Position numbers and translations under genes: made by a program
NCBI GenBank assembly: GCA_964658305.1
Contig: OZ210885.1
Coordinates: forward strand, 20,398,001 to 20,462,000
Length of the DNA: 64,000 nt
Direction of reading: 5' to 3'
Source: Leptogorgia sarmentosa
Taxonomy: Eukaryota
The notes under the pieces: generated by a model
Told to the model about the DNA's origin: nothing
The model's input: the letters and a program-made list of their open reading frames with translations, nothing else
Databases searched by the model: none
In this document: positions 24,809 through 38,763 of the stretch, in pieces
How the letters are laid out: each line of letters starts with the position of its first letter
Numbering within the stretch: the stretch's first letter is position 1

Positions 24809-27800
24809 ATGAATTCACGGTTTGGTTGGTTGCTCTCCGGCCCTACAGGGAAAGAAAAGCCAAGCGAGTCATCCAATATATCTTTGTCGTACTTTGCCAC
24901 AACAAAGATGATAGAAGACCACACGCGTTTCACAGTGAAGAAGTTTTGGCAACTCAGTATTGTTGATGAGCCTCAGAGTTATCCAAAGATGAACAATAAT
25001 ACGTGGTTGAACAATTTCGAAAGAAAGTTAAGTTAGGTGGAGAAAGATACAAGGTAGAACTGCTGTGGAAACGAAGTTGTCCAAAGTTGGTCACCAATAG
25101 GGAGATCGCAATGAAGCGCCTCCTTAACATCGAATCAAAGTTAAGCAAGAGCAAGAAGACATGTATAAAGAATCGATCAACCAATACATTAAAGACAGCC
25201 ATGCCAGGGAAATAACTGCTAACAATGAAAAGGCAGAAAAAGTGCATTATTTGCCACATCATCCCGTATCTCGACAAGACAAATCTACTACCAAGTGTAG
25301 AGCTGTATTTGATGCTTAAGTGTCGCAATGATGGCTGACGTTCGGAAGATGTTTCTTCAAGTTAAAGTAGCATCGAAACATCAGAATGTCCACCGATTTT
25401 TATGGAGAAATATGGATCGAAGTGACATCGTGAAAGATTACTGCATGACTCGGCTACCGTTTGGTGATAATAGCAGTCCTTATTTGGCAATAGAAACAAT
25501 GCGTCATCACTCAGAAAACAGTAAGAAATTTCCAGAAGCAGCTGAAGTAATTAAGAACGATATGTATGTAGACGATTGTTTGACTGGTGTGGTTGACGAA
25601 GTCTCTGCGTTTACTCTTTATCAAGACTTAGTGAAGCTGATGAACATGGGTGGATTCGCTCTAGTGAAGTGGACAACCAAGTCAAAAGAACTTTTATCCC
25701 AAATTCCTTTTCATCTCAGAGTTCCTAACCGCATAGTATGCTTGGACAGTGACTTGGAACCTCTTAAACCTTGGGAATTTCATGGGATACTGAAGAAGTT
25801 GTTCGAAATTCCTGACCCACAAACGAAACTAAATCTTGTCAGCATATCATCCAAACTTTTCGATCCTTTGGGATTCCTGAGCCCATTCACCATTCGTGCC
25901 AAAATGTTGTGCCACAATGTTGTACAAAGACGTGGTCTGAATTGGGACAAGTCTCTTACGGAGGAGATTAAAAAGGATTGGAAAAAATGAAAATCGGAGC
26001 TTGTGGAATTGAATCATTTTCGCGTTTCCTGTTGTTTGGTGAATGATCTAACTACAAATTTCATTGAAGTTCAGCTACATGGATTTGGTGATGCAAGCAC
26101 CCAAGCATATGGAGCCATCATCTATTTGCGTCTAGAGTTGCTCCAACGAAACGTGTTATGCTTCCTTGACTTGAACTGATGGGTGCCTTTCTGCTCTCAA
26201 AACATGTTAGTTTTGTTCTCGAATCAATGAAGACGAATGTAACCCGATATCTGTGCTGGTCAGATAGCATGGTCACCTTGGGATGGATTCGTTGACCTAG
26301 TTCCTATTGGAAAACGTTCGTGGCAAATCGAGTCCAAAATATACAAGAAAAGGTAGCACCTGATCATTGGAGATTTTGTCGTAATTACACGTGGGCAGTC
26401 ACTGCAAGATTTAATCCGTAATTCCGTTTGGTGGCATGGACCCAAATGCTTATTCGAAAATGAACAGACCTGGCCAACCAATGGTAATGACAAAGACGAT
26501 GGTGATGATCTACCAGAATCAAAGAAAATGTCAACTTGCAATGTTTCCCTTTACAGATCAATTCCCTCGTGTATTGACGAAAGTCGAATTGAACGATGGA
26601 AAAGATTATTGAGAGTTACCGCCTTAGTCCTTAAAGCCGTTCAGTTATTTAAGAAGTTCAGATCAATCTCTGACAATAGTGTAATTGAAGATCAAGTCCT
26701 TACTGTTGATAACCTTTGTGATGCAGAAGTATATTGGTGTCAAGAAGTGCAAAGAGATTGCTTTCCGGAAAATTGGTATTCTTTACAACAAGGAAAAGAA
26801 TTTCTTAAGAACAGTCCCTTGACCAGTTTGTCACCGGTTTTTGATGAAACGATAAAATTAATTTGGGTCGGAGGACGTTCACAATTCTCGGATCTCCCAG
26901 AAGAAACCAAGCACCAAATAATCCTTCCAGCAAAACATCCTGTGGTTGACAAATTAATTGCTTTCTATCATGAAGAAAGGGGCTGTCATGCAGGTCCAGA
27001 AACTACCCTTGGTATCCTTCGAGAACGATTCTGGATTATCCATGGTCGCTGTACTGTTCAAAAAGTTATACGTTGATGCCTTATATGTCGAAAACAACAA
27101 ATTGGTCCCGTCCAACAACAAATGGCTCCTCTACCTGCCGAACAATGTCACCTGCCTTTTCACACGTTGGCATCGATTTTACTGGTTATCTCATCTTGAA
27201 GACACAGAAGAATAGTCAATCCACCTCATCAAAAGGCTTACGTTTGCATATTTTCATGTGCTACAACTCGAATGGTGCATCTTGAATTGACTAATGATAT
27301 GACTACCGACGAGTTTCTTCAAGCATTTAGAAGAATGTATAATCGAAGAGGATTGTGCACTACTCTGTGGTTGAATAATCAGACAACCTTTAAGAAAGCC
27401 AGCAAGGATATTACCTGGTTGTTCGAAGCATCACAGCAGAAGTTAACGAGTCTGTGGAAGAAAATTGATCCAAATGGCAAGTCAAGGAATCAGATGTAAG
27501 TTTATTACAGAGTGCAGTCCGCATCGTGGAGGATGGTGGGAAAGAGTATGTAGATCCTCTGCAAAATACTTGGTAAAGCCCTTCTCACATATACGGAGAT
27601 GTATACCGTCTTGCCTGACATCGAAGCAGGGATCCAATCCAGACCGCTTACCTTCATTGGCAACAATATTAAAGATGGCAAAATTATTACCCCAGCCCAT
27701 TTAGCCTTAGGAAGAAGTTTAAGAGTACCCGAAGTTCCAAAAGATATGATAAACGTAGCACCCGTCACTACACGTTTCTTGTATCGTCAGCATCTTAATC

Positions 27801-28447
27801 ATTTTTGGAAACAATGGATTGCGGAGTATTTGCCAAAGTTAACTGTACATCAAAAGTGGCAATCAAAGAAGCCAGCACTTCATATTGGAGATGTTGTGCT
27901 TATCTCAAAGATAACATGAAACGAGGAAATTGGCCATTAGGAATTGTTCAGGAAGTTCATAAGGGATCGGATAACCTCATTCGCACGATCACCCTCAAGA
28001 CTAAAGCTGGAATTCGGAAAAGACCAGTTCAAAAACTATATTTGTTAGAAGAAGCAGATTTTACCAACTTACATGAAGCAAGCAAAGTAAAAGAAGAAAA
28101 CAACGCGAAAGAAGAATTGGAAACGGAAGAGAACAAAAAAACTAGATGTTTTGACACTTCGTGTCAAGGCCGGGACAATGCACGAACGCGCTCAGGAAGA
28201 CTAATTAGGTCTCCAGAGGCATTCAGCATTAAGTGGTGAACACTTTGCCTAGGTTTTAAATAATTAGAAAAGACAACAAAATAAAAATTAATTATTTGCT
28301 TGGTTAATTACTTAGGTTATTTTTATTATAATTAGGTACTAGTATAAATATCTGTCGAAATTCAGAAGTGAGTTAGTTCTATTAAAACGTTATGAAAGGT
28401 TAAAAGTATGAAGATTTTACACTATTTTCACCATTAAGCGAGCTACA
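24805..28447 (+). mobile_element. BEL/Pao LTR retrotransposon B, 5'-truncated and heavily degraded
   Basis: NSRFGWLLSGP, ADVRKMF, MYVDD, LFDPLG, integrase HVGIDF..VHLEL..GGWWER, and a DUF5641-like WPLGIV tail. A putative 3' LTR TG..CA spans ~28179-28447 (low confidence). Confidence 0.85.
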
Positions 28448-29216
28448 TCGGTGATCCCAAAAACGAAAACAGGCAGGCATACACATGCTGACCGCATAAC
28501 TACACAGGTTTTTTGTTATATAATGCAACAGATCAGACATAATTGCGTTTGAGTTCCCGGTATGTGACAGAGTTGGAAGCGGTCACCCCATGGCCCTTGG
28601 AAGGTAACATGTTTACGCCAATAACATGTAATATAACTAGGTAAGTAACAAAGATGAGTCGGCAAGACATCATATGGCTCAAATGCGTAAAATACTGTCA
28701 TAACCCTTTGCTTGCTAGGGCTTGAGGTGGATGAGCCTGCAGGCGGTTCGACAATCTGTTGGACCGGTACATCTGGTGGAACAGCTGCGGCTGGAATATT
28801 CAGAGGAACTGGTGGGCGAATGGGTCTCTAAGCCATATGGCGGTGACAATCGTTCGTAGGTTGAGAAACAAAAACTTCTTAATCCGAGCTGTTCGACCCA
28901 TGGCGATCAGCAAAAAGAGGCAGTGTAAGTGTGCATCATTGCCTTTGAAGAGTCGCCAGCCATTAGTTATTCACTACGCACGGGATTTCTGCACATTTTA
29001 ATGCTATATATTGAAAAACGTTTACTGATATTGTTAAACATTAACTTATTAAGATCCTGCTCCCAAAAAGCAGCATCGTTCCTGGGCGGGGGACTTATCA
29101 CTTGACATAATCTGTCATGTTATTTTCGTGCCAAATAAATATGGAGTTTGCATCGAAGGATCACAAAGGCACATTTTAGTCAATTGTTTTGTGAGCAGAA
29201 AGCAACTCACCAAGCA

Positions 29217-29548
29217 TTACGATTGTGTACCTTCAAACCTGCGCCAAGCATTCACTTGGGTAATTAGGTCAACAACAGCTTGTGTGTTCTTCGTCTCGTC
29301 GCTATCACTATCCTCATCTTCGTCGCTCAATTCATCTTCATCGTCATCAGCCTCTTGAACGTCCAAAGATGGGTCGAAATGATGGATTGCTGAGTTGGCT
29401 GTCTTTCCCAGTGAAGAGGCTTTCGTTGTCAAGAGCTCTTTACAAATCTTACACACGTTTATGTCGGGCAGATTAAATTCAATGTGAAACAAATGCCCAC
29501 ATCCTTGAAAGACACACCATAACATGCTTTGGTGACTGCACTGAGTGC
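29217..29548 (-). pseudogene. Orphan C-terminal fragment with a RING-like motif (GCGHLFH..C..C) and acidic tail, probably TE-derived
   Basis: ORF 29217-29525; cut upstream by the LINE 3' tail. Confidence 0.35.
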
Positions 29549-30006
29549 TATTATTATTATTATTATTTATTATTTACAAATATTTAAACACGGTAACATC
29601 TCAACCAAGGTCCTAATTACTAAGCTAACTATATGTAATAATCAAATCAATAATACAAACTAAAAAAATTATAAAGGTTGATTTTCAGATGGCATACAAA
29701 CTAAAAAAATTATAAAGGTTGATTTTCAGATGGCATACAAACTAAAAAAATTATAAAGGTTGATTTTCAGATGACCGTGTGTTTAAAAATGAAACATATA
29801 TGAATCTATAATTATGTACAAGTTATATAAAATTGGTAAAAGCTAAATATTTACATTATGGAATTAAAATTTGCGATGTTCCTCAATATTGTTCCAAGCT
29901 GCAGCACCCCTATAACCGAAACTTCGCTTTAAGGCATTAGTGTTGGGTTTAGGGAAGTGGAGAGCATTATTGTTGCTTCGTAGCTGATACGTTTGATTGG
30001 AACAAA
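29549..30006 (-). mobile_element. 3' end of LINE A (continues 59221-60165 across AcademH element 2)
   Basis: Reads ..MFTL|CSNQTYQLRSNNNALHFPKPNTNALKRSFGYRGAAAWN..*, followed by a 3' UTR and a (TAA)n tail at ~29549-29575. Confidence 0.85.
29653..29773 (+). repeat. 41-bp tandem repeat x3 in the LINE 3' UTR
   Basis: Unit ATACAAACTAAAAAAATTATAAAGGTTGATTTTCAGATGGC. Confidence 0.95.
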
Positions 30007-32266
30007 GTGTAAACATAGCCTCCTCTGCAGGCAACGCTTTTGCAACGTCTACAGCAAAGTTTCAGTAGAAAGTTTTTAGTACATAAATACAGCAAATTCT
30101 TAATAGTCTTCGGCTTTCGTAAAGGATATTTTGTTATTGTGAAAAAATTGCGCTAGAGCGTAACAAGCAGTAGAAATAAATTAAACCGCTATCAACAGAG
30201 TGCGGACGACGAAGGGAAGGGAAGGGAAGGGCGGAAGGGGAGAATTGCCTGCCAAAAATCGAACGGTTGAACGCATCAATTCACCCTGACAATTCACCTG
30301 GGTAGGGGTAGGGATTTTTGCTCATCTGTATAAATGAGCACGTGCTCTATAAAAACATGGAGGAAAATGAAGGTGATCAGTCGCAAAATATTCCGTCAAA
30401 GATACCACGCTATGTGAGAACGCAAATACCTGTTTGTAGTTTGGAATATAGAAATACTCTACGGAACGTCCGAAAAAAAGAGAACGAAATAGCAGGAATC
30501 CAGCAGCAAATTGAAACCAAAAAGAAAGAGTTAGCCGATCGCAGACTTCTATATTTTGGTTCAACATGTACACATTCGACTCAAACTGTAGATGCACCGA
30601 TATCTAGACAGTCTGTACTCGATGAAAGTCACGCAAGAAAAGTAATTTTTACTCCAGGAGGAACAAAAAGGAAAGGTCAGTGTTATTTAATAGTGCTATT
30701 AGAAAGAATCAGTGTTATTTAATATTTTTGTATATGTCAATATACATATAGTAGCAGGTAAACATTATATATCTTAATATTTTATGGTGCTTGATCTCGA
30801 GTTAATTTTATATTTTATAGTGAAACCTTCTTATCAAATATTTAAGGCAGACCTCAAGTCTGCCTTAGAACATATCATATGTAAAAAGGCAGAATCGATC
30901 ATCATGGTGGATGAGTTAGTGCAACGAATAAATGATAGGTTTCCAGGTGCACACAGATCGACAAAAACCTCCATTCAGGAAGTCACCCATCCTTTTTAAG
31001 TACCTACATTGGAAACTCTCACTTGCCACATAACTGAAAGGTTATGCAGGTGGCATTTCAACTTCTCCTGTCTGTTGTCTTCAAATACTAAAGGCTGCTT
31101 TACATGGCCAATTATAATTTTTTAGGTCTCCAACTCGACACTGCCAGTGATAGCGATGTTAAGGATATAGCAATTGACACAACAGGTAAGAATAAATGGA
31201 AGAAGTGAAAAGTTTTATTTTTTCTCTCTTTTAATCTAAAAGGATAATAATTCAAATAATTCAATTTATAGACAGTGAGGAATTCATGTCTTTAAAAGAG
31301 TTGCTATCAGAGAAGAGAGAACTTGAAGATTCAATACCAGCACCAGCAACAACTGATAGTTCAAGTAAGAAACTGTCCGAGCTGCAGAAATCATTTATTG
31401 ATTATGATAATCATGTTAAAGAACTTATGAACATGCAAGATGAAGTAATTTCTTTGCAGAAAGACATTATTTCTACAGGAAGGCTTCTTGGTGGATTGCT
31501 GTCCTTATCAGAAAGAAATGTTATCACTTCCGAAGTGAACAAGGCAAAGCAACTTTTTAATCTTAATTTAAGAGAAAACAAAGGGAATGACATTTCAGAT
31601 ATTTTCAATCCATTGCTCTTCCAGAATCTTGTTTCAGGTTTAAGAAGCACCTGTCCAACAATCACCAACATCTTGGAACAGCTTGTGCTCACCTATAACA
31701 CTTCTAGGAATGTTATGAAAACAGAGAGCATGAAAATGAAAGCTGCTGTACACCTTTTGGCATCTCTTTTGGACATCAGGGACCAGCACAGCAAAAATGA
31801 TATACCAATTTTGTTTGGTTTATTGTGCATCTACTATGGTGCTGGACCTGCTTTGATACGACCTTTGCAACGACTTGGGTTGTCTGAATCATTTCCTGTG
31901 TTGTAAGTATTTTTCTCAGTGTCTTAAGTAGTGTTCCCATAGTTCACTCAAAAAGTGGTTTGGCATCAATAAGTGGATAAAGTAAATTTCAATAACTCTG
32001 TAATTGTGTTTTGGACAAATGGTTATATAATAACTACAGTGAAACATGCAATTTGATTGGTCAATAGTTATGCAGGATCAGACAGTCATGAACGGAAAAT
32101 TTAAGTTCACTGTAGTTATTTTATGAAACAAGTACTGGTACCGAACTGTTTTCCAGATCCATGCACTTGGGATGTTGCTCGACTTTCAGAAAGTGTAAAA
32201 CCAACACTCGCCTGTGGCTAGTTTCTGTTTCCGATGGTGACAAAGCTATATAGATATATATATATA

Positions 32267-32392
32267 TATAGTTTTGCCTCAAAAAGGTGCCACTACAGCC
32301 TGTTTCATCCAAGAGGAATCATCAGATGGCCATCTGATGATTCCTCTTGGATGAAACAGGCTGTAGTAGCACCTTTTTGAGGCAAAACTATA
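32267..32392. repeat. 126-bp spacer-less palindrome containing two inverted minimal hammerhead motifs
   Basis: Centred on 32329/32330 (GATGG|CCATC), with one mismatch. Confidence 0.9.
32289..32330 (-). ncRNA. Minimal type I hammerhead ribozyme-like motif (Penelope/retrozyme type)
   Basis: GCCAU-CUGAUGA-U-UCC-UCUU-GGA-U-GAA-ACAG-G-CUGU-A-GUGGC. Stem I is GCCAU/GUGGC, the cleavage triplet is GUA, and stem III has a 1-nt loop (implies a dimeric form). The U-U at the base of stem II is non-canonical. Confidence 0.55.
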
Positions 32393-33053
32393 CTATTTGC
32401 TCTATCTATATGGTATCGAGCACTCTTTTGGCATTTCGTTAACCAAAACTTTATCGTATCAACGAAACATTAGATAAGCGTTTTAAAAAATTTTTAAAAC
32501 ATTGAGAGATATCTCGTCTGTTTACCTGTTTACACAAACGACAGTTCTTTGATCGAACGTTTGTGTTTGATTAAAGACGAGTGGTTTAATGCGAGAGACC
32601 AGTATGAAAGGTCTGTCATCCACGTAGCTTCATTGAATGGCAATACACGGCTGGTACGTTGCCTGGTGTATGCTGGATGTCCTATCAATGGTCGAGATGG
32701 CATTGGTCAAACACCGCTCACTTTGGCTCTTCACAGTGGACATACTATTACAGCTAAGGTCCTACTCGAGTGTGGTGCTTCGGTGCGGGATGAGCTATTT
32801 AAAGATACTGTGCCTCCTCTTGAAATTGCTCGCGTAAAAGAAGATAAAATCATGTTTAATCTCATAGAACAGAAAATTCGAAAAGAGGAGCAGATCATTA
32901 AACATGTTAATTCTTTTTACGAAAATTTGTCTGAAGAATCTGCGATGTGTGGTACTGAAGATGGACTTAATATTGCACGTGTTCTTAACATTAATGTTGG
33001 AGATCAAAAGAACACCGTCCTAATCCAAGGCTGTTCCAATCATTGTCCTGATA

Positions 33054-36000
33054 TATTATTATTATTATTATTCAATAAAGTATTCCCGGAGAGGGTTTTT
33101 CAATACCTATTTACAAAACAAAAGAATTTGCGTTTATTTAAAATGTATTTGTGTATCTAATTGGCTATTTAGAATCTATTCAATCAATTAAATTTTGCCA
33201 AATTGTTGAATCGATTTGGCAATTTAAAATCCACTAAATCTATTAAAACCATTAAAACCATTAAGTCAATTTGTCTATTTAAAATCCATTAAATTTAAAA
33301 TATGACAGAATGTGATTATTTATTGTTTAGAAAGGTTTCCTTTAACTTAGTTTTAAAACTTTTCCAAGGTAGCTTTTTGAGGTCTTTGTCTAAGTCGTTC
33401 CATATCTTCACCGCTCTGCTGTGAAAGGTTCGTTGTCCAGAAACTGTTTTGTGTTGAGGAATGTCTAGCGCTTTATTATTCCTTGTATTTAGATTGTGAA
33501 TTTCATTTCGTTTCATAAATAATTTGGATAGGTAAGGTGGTGTTAATCCGTTCATACATTTGTATGCCATTAGTATCTCTCTGTATTTTAAATGTTCTTC
33601 TACAGAAAGCCAGTGAATTTCCCGTAGTGCTGGCGTTACATGATCGTGTCTTCCCATGTTTGTTAGTATCCTGCAGGCGAAATTCTGCACTGCTCTTAAT
33701 TTTTTTAATGTTTGTTGCGGAAGTGTTTGACCAAACAGTAGAGCAGTAGTAAAGTTTGCTCATTACTAAAGCATTGATAATTAAGCGAAGACTATCCATG
33801 TCAAAGCTATCCTTCACTCTGTTTATCTGACACAGTTTAGCCATAGAAGATGATACAACATTATTGATATGGTAGTCGTATGTCAGATAACTGTCTAGAG
33901 TTAATCCCAGGTCTTTAGCATTTGTGGTTGGTGTAATTTCTTCGCCAAGAAATGTAATTTTTATCACCTCAATGAGCTTACCAAGCAGTTGGCGAGTCCC
34001 TATCAAGAGTAACTTTGTCTTCTCAGGATTTATCAACAGTTTATTTTTGAAAAACCAAGCTGCAACCAGTTTTAGGTCCTCTTCTATCCTTGTTTTTGCA
34101 CTAACAATATCTTGAATTGGAAATGACATAAAGATCTTAGTGTCATCAACGAATGATTCCAACTCGGATGCTTGTGGTACTCTTGAGAGGTCATTTATGT
34201 AGATGCAGAACAATAGCGGCGACAATATTGCTCCCCGAGGCACTCCGTGGGTGATTGGTAGAACTTCTGATACCGAGGAGCCAATACGAACGAACTGCTT
34301 TCTGTCTGTAATGTAGCTTTCGAACCAATTAAGGGCTTCACCTGAAACCCCAATGTTGCTTAGTTTCTTTAACAGGATTGTATGGTCCACGCTGTCGAAC
34401 GCTTTTGAGAGGTCCAAAAGAACTAAAGCAGTAATCTTTTTGTTGTCCATCGATTTTAGCAAAAAATCATTGACTAATAAACTAAGTGTTTCGGTTGAGT
34501 GATACTTTTTGTTTCCACTTTGTTGGGAGGATAGTCGGTTTGTGCAGTTAAGAAAACAGCTAAATTGGTTCAGGGCAACTTTTTCACAGATTTTTGATAG
34601 TGCGTTGAGCATTGAAAGTGAGCGGTTGTTTGCCGCGGGTTCATGGTCGCCTTCCTTTAAAAGTGGTATAATTTCTGCTATTTTCCAGGACTCAGGGTAC
34701 GTCGAGGTGGTAAATGAGTTATTGATGATGTCCGTCAATGGGCCGAGTATGACCGGGAGACAATCCTTAATTATCCGCATGCTGATTTTGTCTGGTCCTT
34801 TATTCGATGGCATTGATGTTATTATGCGTTGGATTTCTGTGCATGTGACGGGAGTAAACTTGAACAATTCTGTAGAGGAAATTTCGGATCTCCTATTCAG
34901 AGGCTCTAACTCAGTTGGTACATTTAAGTTGTTTTGTAGGGCTAACATTTCAGCTGTTTCAGCAGCTCTTTTTCCCACAGATTGGAAAAACTGGTTGAAA
35001 TCATTGGCGACGTCTGATGTATGTATCGTAAGACAAGGTTCTTTTATCCTTAGATGGAATGCACCTATTAATCACTTTCCACAACGATCTAGAGTTATCT
35101 TTATGATGGTTAACTTCGGTTTGGACGTATTGTTTTTCGGCAGCTTTTAGAGTACATTTGATTGATCTTTGGGTGTTTTTAAATGCTCTCCAATCATCGA
35201 TGTCGTGTGTTCGTTTATAGCGACGGTGTAGGTGGTCTCTATAGGACATTTGATTTTTGATATCTGTTGTGATGAAGGGACATGAGCGATTTCGGATCTT
35301 GGTTATTTTAACTGGAGCATGGACAGCCAGGGTTGTGAGGAAGACGTTGTTAAAATTGTCAAGTTTGGAATTTGCGTTGGAATCCGAAAAGATAGAAATA
35401 AGCTCTTGCGATCTTGATGCAAGGTGGGCGGTGAAACTTTCTCCGTAATAGTCCTTACAGCTTCGCGTTGTGATATATTGAGGTGGTGGCTTGGGTAGCT
35501 TCATATTTAAAGCTACGTACACTGGTAGGCGATCGCTTATAATAGTGTCCATGACACCACTTTCGTCGACAAGATGGGAAGCTGAAGTTATTATCGCGTC
35601 AATTAACGATTCGCTAGTGTCTGTAATTCTGGTTGGTTTTGTAATTAATTGGTTCAAGTTCATCTGGAACATGAAATTTCCTAGTGCTGTATTCTCTGGG
35701 CAGTCCTTTATAACATTGCAATTCGAATCTCCCAATATAAAAATGGGCTTATTTCGTAGAAGGGCTTGGACGAAACTCGGTTTTAAGTTGGTTTCTAGGC
35801 AAGACAGCGGACACTTGGGTGGTCTGTAGGATATGCATATTACGATAGATTTTAATTTTTTACTTTGAAGTTTCACCCAAAGCTGGTGGAAATAGTTTTC
35901 AGAAACAGATGAGATTTCCTTGAGTTTGGAGACCTTGATGTCGTTTCGGATGTATGCGCAAACGCCTCCACGTTTGTTTAAACGATCTTGTCTATATAAT

Positions 36001-37582
36001 GTATAACCTTCGATGTAGATCTCCGCATTCGTTATCGTAGTGTTCAACCACGTTTCTGATAGTGTAAGCGCTTCAGTTTTTGTCTTTGAAAGGAATTCCT
36101 TGAGCTGTATCAAGTGAGCAGTGTTGCGTAGCGATCTGATGTTCAGGTGGACTAATTTAAAGTATGGTGACTTTGGCTGGTGGATTTTCGCTGTGGGGAT
36201 TTTAATTAAATTGCTGTAGTTGGGGCCGTGGACTCTTTGTGCTCTTGATTTACAACATTGGTTATTAATCGTTAGTTGATGAGGTGGTTTTTGGCGTGGC
36301 GGTCTCAGACGTGGAGTAACGCTTACAGGTATGCTATTTGACTGGCTACGCCTTTTAGGGTCATCAGTTATACTTTCGGAGGGTATGTCGGATGTCGACA
36401 TGTCGGTGGAGGCCAAGTAGGGACATTCATCAGCGGAGGGGGACATTACATTGGAAAGTGAAAAGGTTGGTACAAAAACTGTCGGCGATCCTTTTAAGGG
36501 TAAGTTGACTAAATTCGAGTGCATAAATTGCCGTTTTTTAACTCTCGGTTTGGACCTAGTGTTGCAATTGCGTGAGGTGACCGGGACGGGTATTTTTTGC
36601 TCCTTGTTACACGGAATACTACACTCAGGTGGACTAACCACTCCAGGGAGTAATGGCAATAACCTGTCCGGTATGAGGGGATATTGTAACAGCGATCTCG
36701 AAAAGGACGACGGGAAGGATTGGGGCAATGTTCCTGCAACTTCACACGATCCGCAGGTGGGAAAAACTGGCCGTAATTACAATTTGCTGGTCCAGGAACT
36801 GGGTCAAGTCTGAAGGACCCAATGCAGGAAAAGACTCGTACGAGTGCAGACCAACCTCTTTACCAGGCTGAGGAACCAACTGACTATTCACAGCATTCCC
36901 GTTATGATCAATAACACCGTTTTCCTCGTCGCTGTGTTGTTGTATGCATCTTTGGTCATCTGAACTTCATTTTCAGACGGGAATAAAACTAGCTGGTGTG
37001 GGATTTCAAGAAGTGTTTTCACTGACTCCTCATAAAAGTCTATTTTGTATCTTCTCCTCTTCTAAGTCCAATTTCAATAACGTTATTTCGTTACATAAGT
37101 TGCCTACCTCGGAAGTTATTGGGCTCCTCTGAGAATCCACCAAGACTTGTAAAGAGTCCATTTTACTTTTCAAAATGTCCAACTCCAAAATTATATTTTC
37201 AAGACCCTCATTACAGTCGATACAACAACCACTACAAAGCTTTATTAAGCATTCCTTTGCTAGCTCGCCAGTACTGCCGCTAAATGTTAACATGTTGTGT
37301 TTACCAGGGTACCAAATAACTCGGAATTCAGCACTGGAAGTTTCAAAACACTTTGAGCTGCCTCCTGATGCTCTCCATTTTCCTTGTTGACAAAAGGCAG
37401 ATTCAATAAATACTTTCAAGGGCTCATAGTTATCGCACCATTTCACCCTTGTTCCATCATATACAATCTTCGCAGACTTTATACACATTTATTTTAACAA
37501 AATCCCAGCAGACATTAGATTTATTTGCAATTTTGTTGGAGCTTCCCAAGGCATTACTATCCGCCATCTTGAACATATCAAT
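33054..37582 (-). mobile_element. Near full-length CR1/L2-group LINE inserted in the element-2 transposase
   Basis: ORF1-like region ~37567-37030, APE at 35001-36728 (HLNIRSL, SETWL), RT at 33503-34978 (LDLSKAFDSV, GVPRGAILSP, FVDDT), and a (TAA)n tail at 33055-33071. Confidence 0.9.
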
Positions 37583-38763
37583 TTTATGGTAGCCATTCAC
37601 CAGGTGGGGGAGATTTTCATTGTCGGGGCTACAGAAATGAGTCCATAGCTCACAGTGCAGGTCCTCGTGGATTTTGGCATTTTTTAGAGAAGGTCTTAAA
37701 AAGACCAACTGTCAATCCTAATTCTTTTAAATCGAAGTTTAAAGATAATAACTATAATAACAATGAAGACGCCCTTTTGGATTTTGATGATGGACTGTCT
37801 ATTGCGATGATCAAGTCATTTGAACTAGGGATCCAAGGATAGTGCAAAGTTTCAGAAAGCACGTAATAGAGTGGAGTAATATCAAATTTTGAAACTGAGA
37901 CACAGAAAAACCGTTGTTGATAGCTTTGCAATTGTTGAAATGATGTTGTATTTTTTATATATTATGACATTAGTATAATTTATTTCATGATAACGGAACG
38001 AGTATATATAAAATGATTTATTTCCCCATATGTTCAGTGACAAGACTCAATTATGGTATGTACTAGCTGTTGTCTTTCTTAGTACCTAGTTATAATTATT
38101 GACATCAGAACCAACGATTTACAGAGTATGGTATGCATCAGTGTGTTCTTCATTAAGTTAGCAATGTTCTTTACGACGGTAATGATATGCATGTCTGGTT
38201 TTGCATGAAGTTCATAAGTATTGACATCATGCATCTTTGGAAAGAATCATCCTTCTTTGCCCATGTCTTCAAAAATCTCAGAAGTTTTCATTGTATAGTC
38301 ATCTTCGGGAAGTTAAGATCACAGACATATTTACGATTGTGGCGGTATAGTTCTCTTATGTAATCATTGGTGGCTGGCAGTTGACAGTTGAAGTACTGTA
38401 CAGATGAAATACTGCATAATACCTATAGTCCAGTAGTGTCATATTCTTGTTTAATTCGGTGAGCCAAGCAGAGTTTGTAATTTTAAGTCATACAGCGCAG
38501 CCATAGGTTTCGGCCGTTTCGCGATCGCACCATTTTACTGGATCTGAAATAAAAATGTACATTGACTTAGTTTAGTTATTTCCCATGATGGTTTTTTACC
38601 ACAGATGGAATACTATACTAATAAGTAGTTCTTTTCGACTAATTGATTAATTCCCATGAATATGGGTAAATCACAAGCCTACCTTATTAGTTCTCGCTTT
38701 CCTTTATAGAAAATCTCAATGAAAACGATGCATGGTTATGATGTCACTATAAAATGAAAGAAA

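Noticed and set aside
29653..29773. CRISPR-like array
   Set aside because: Head-to-tail 41-bp repeats with no spacers, inside a LINE 3' UTR.
38100..38535. Possible captured gene fragment near the Helentron 3' end
   Set aside because: The minus-strand frames are broken by stops and carry no recognisable motif.
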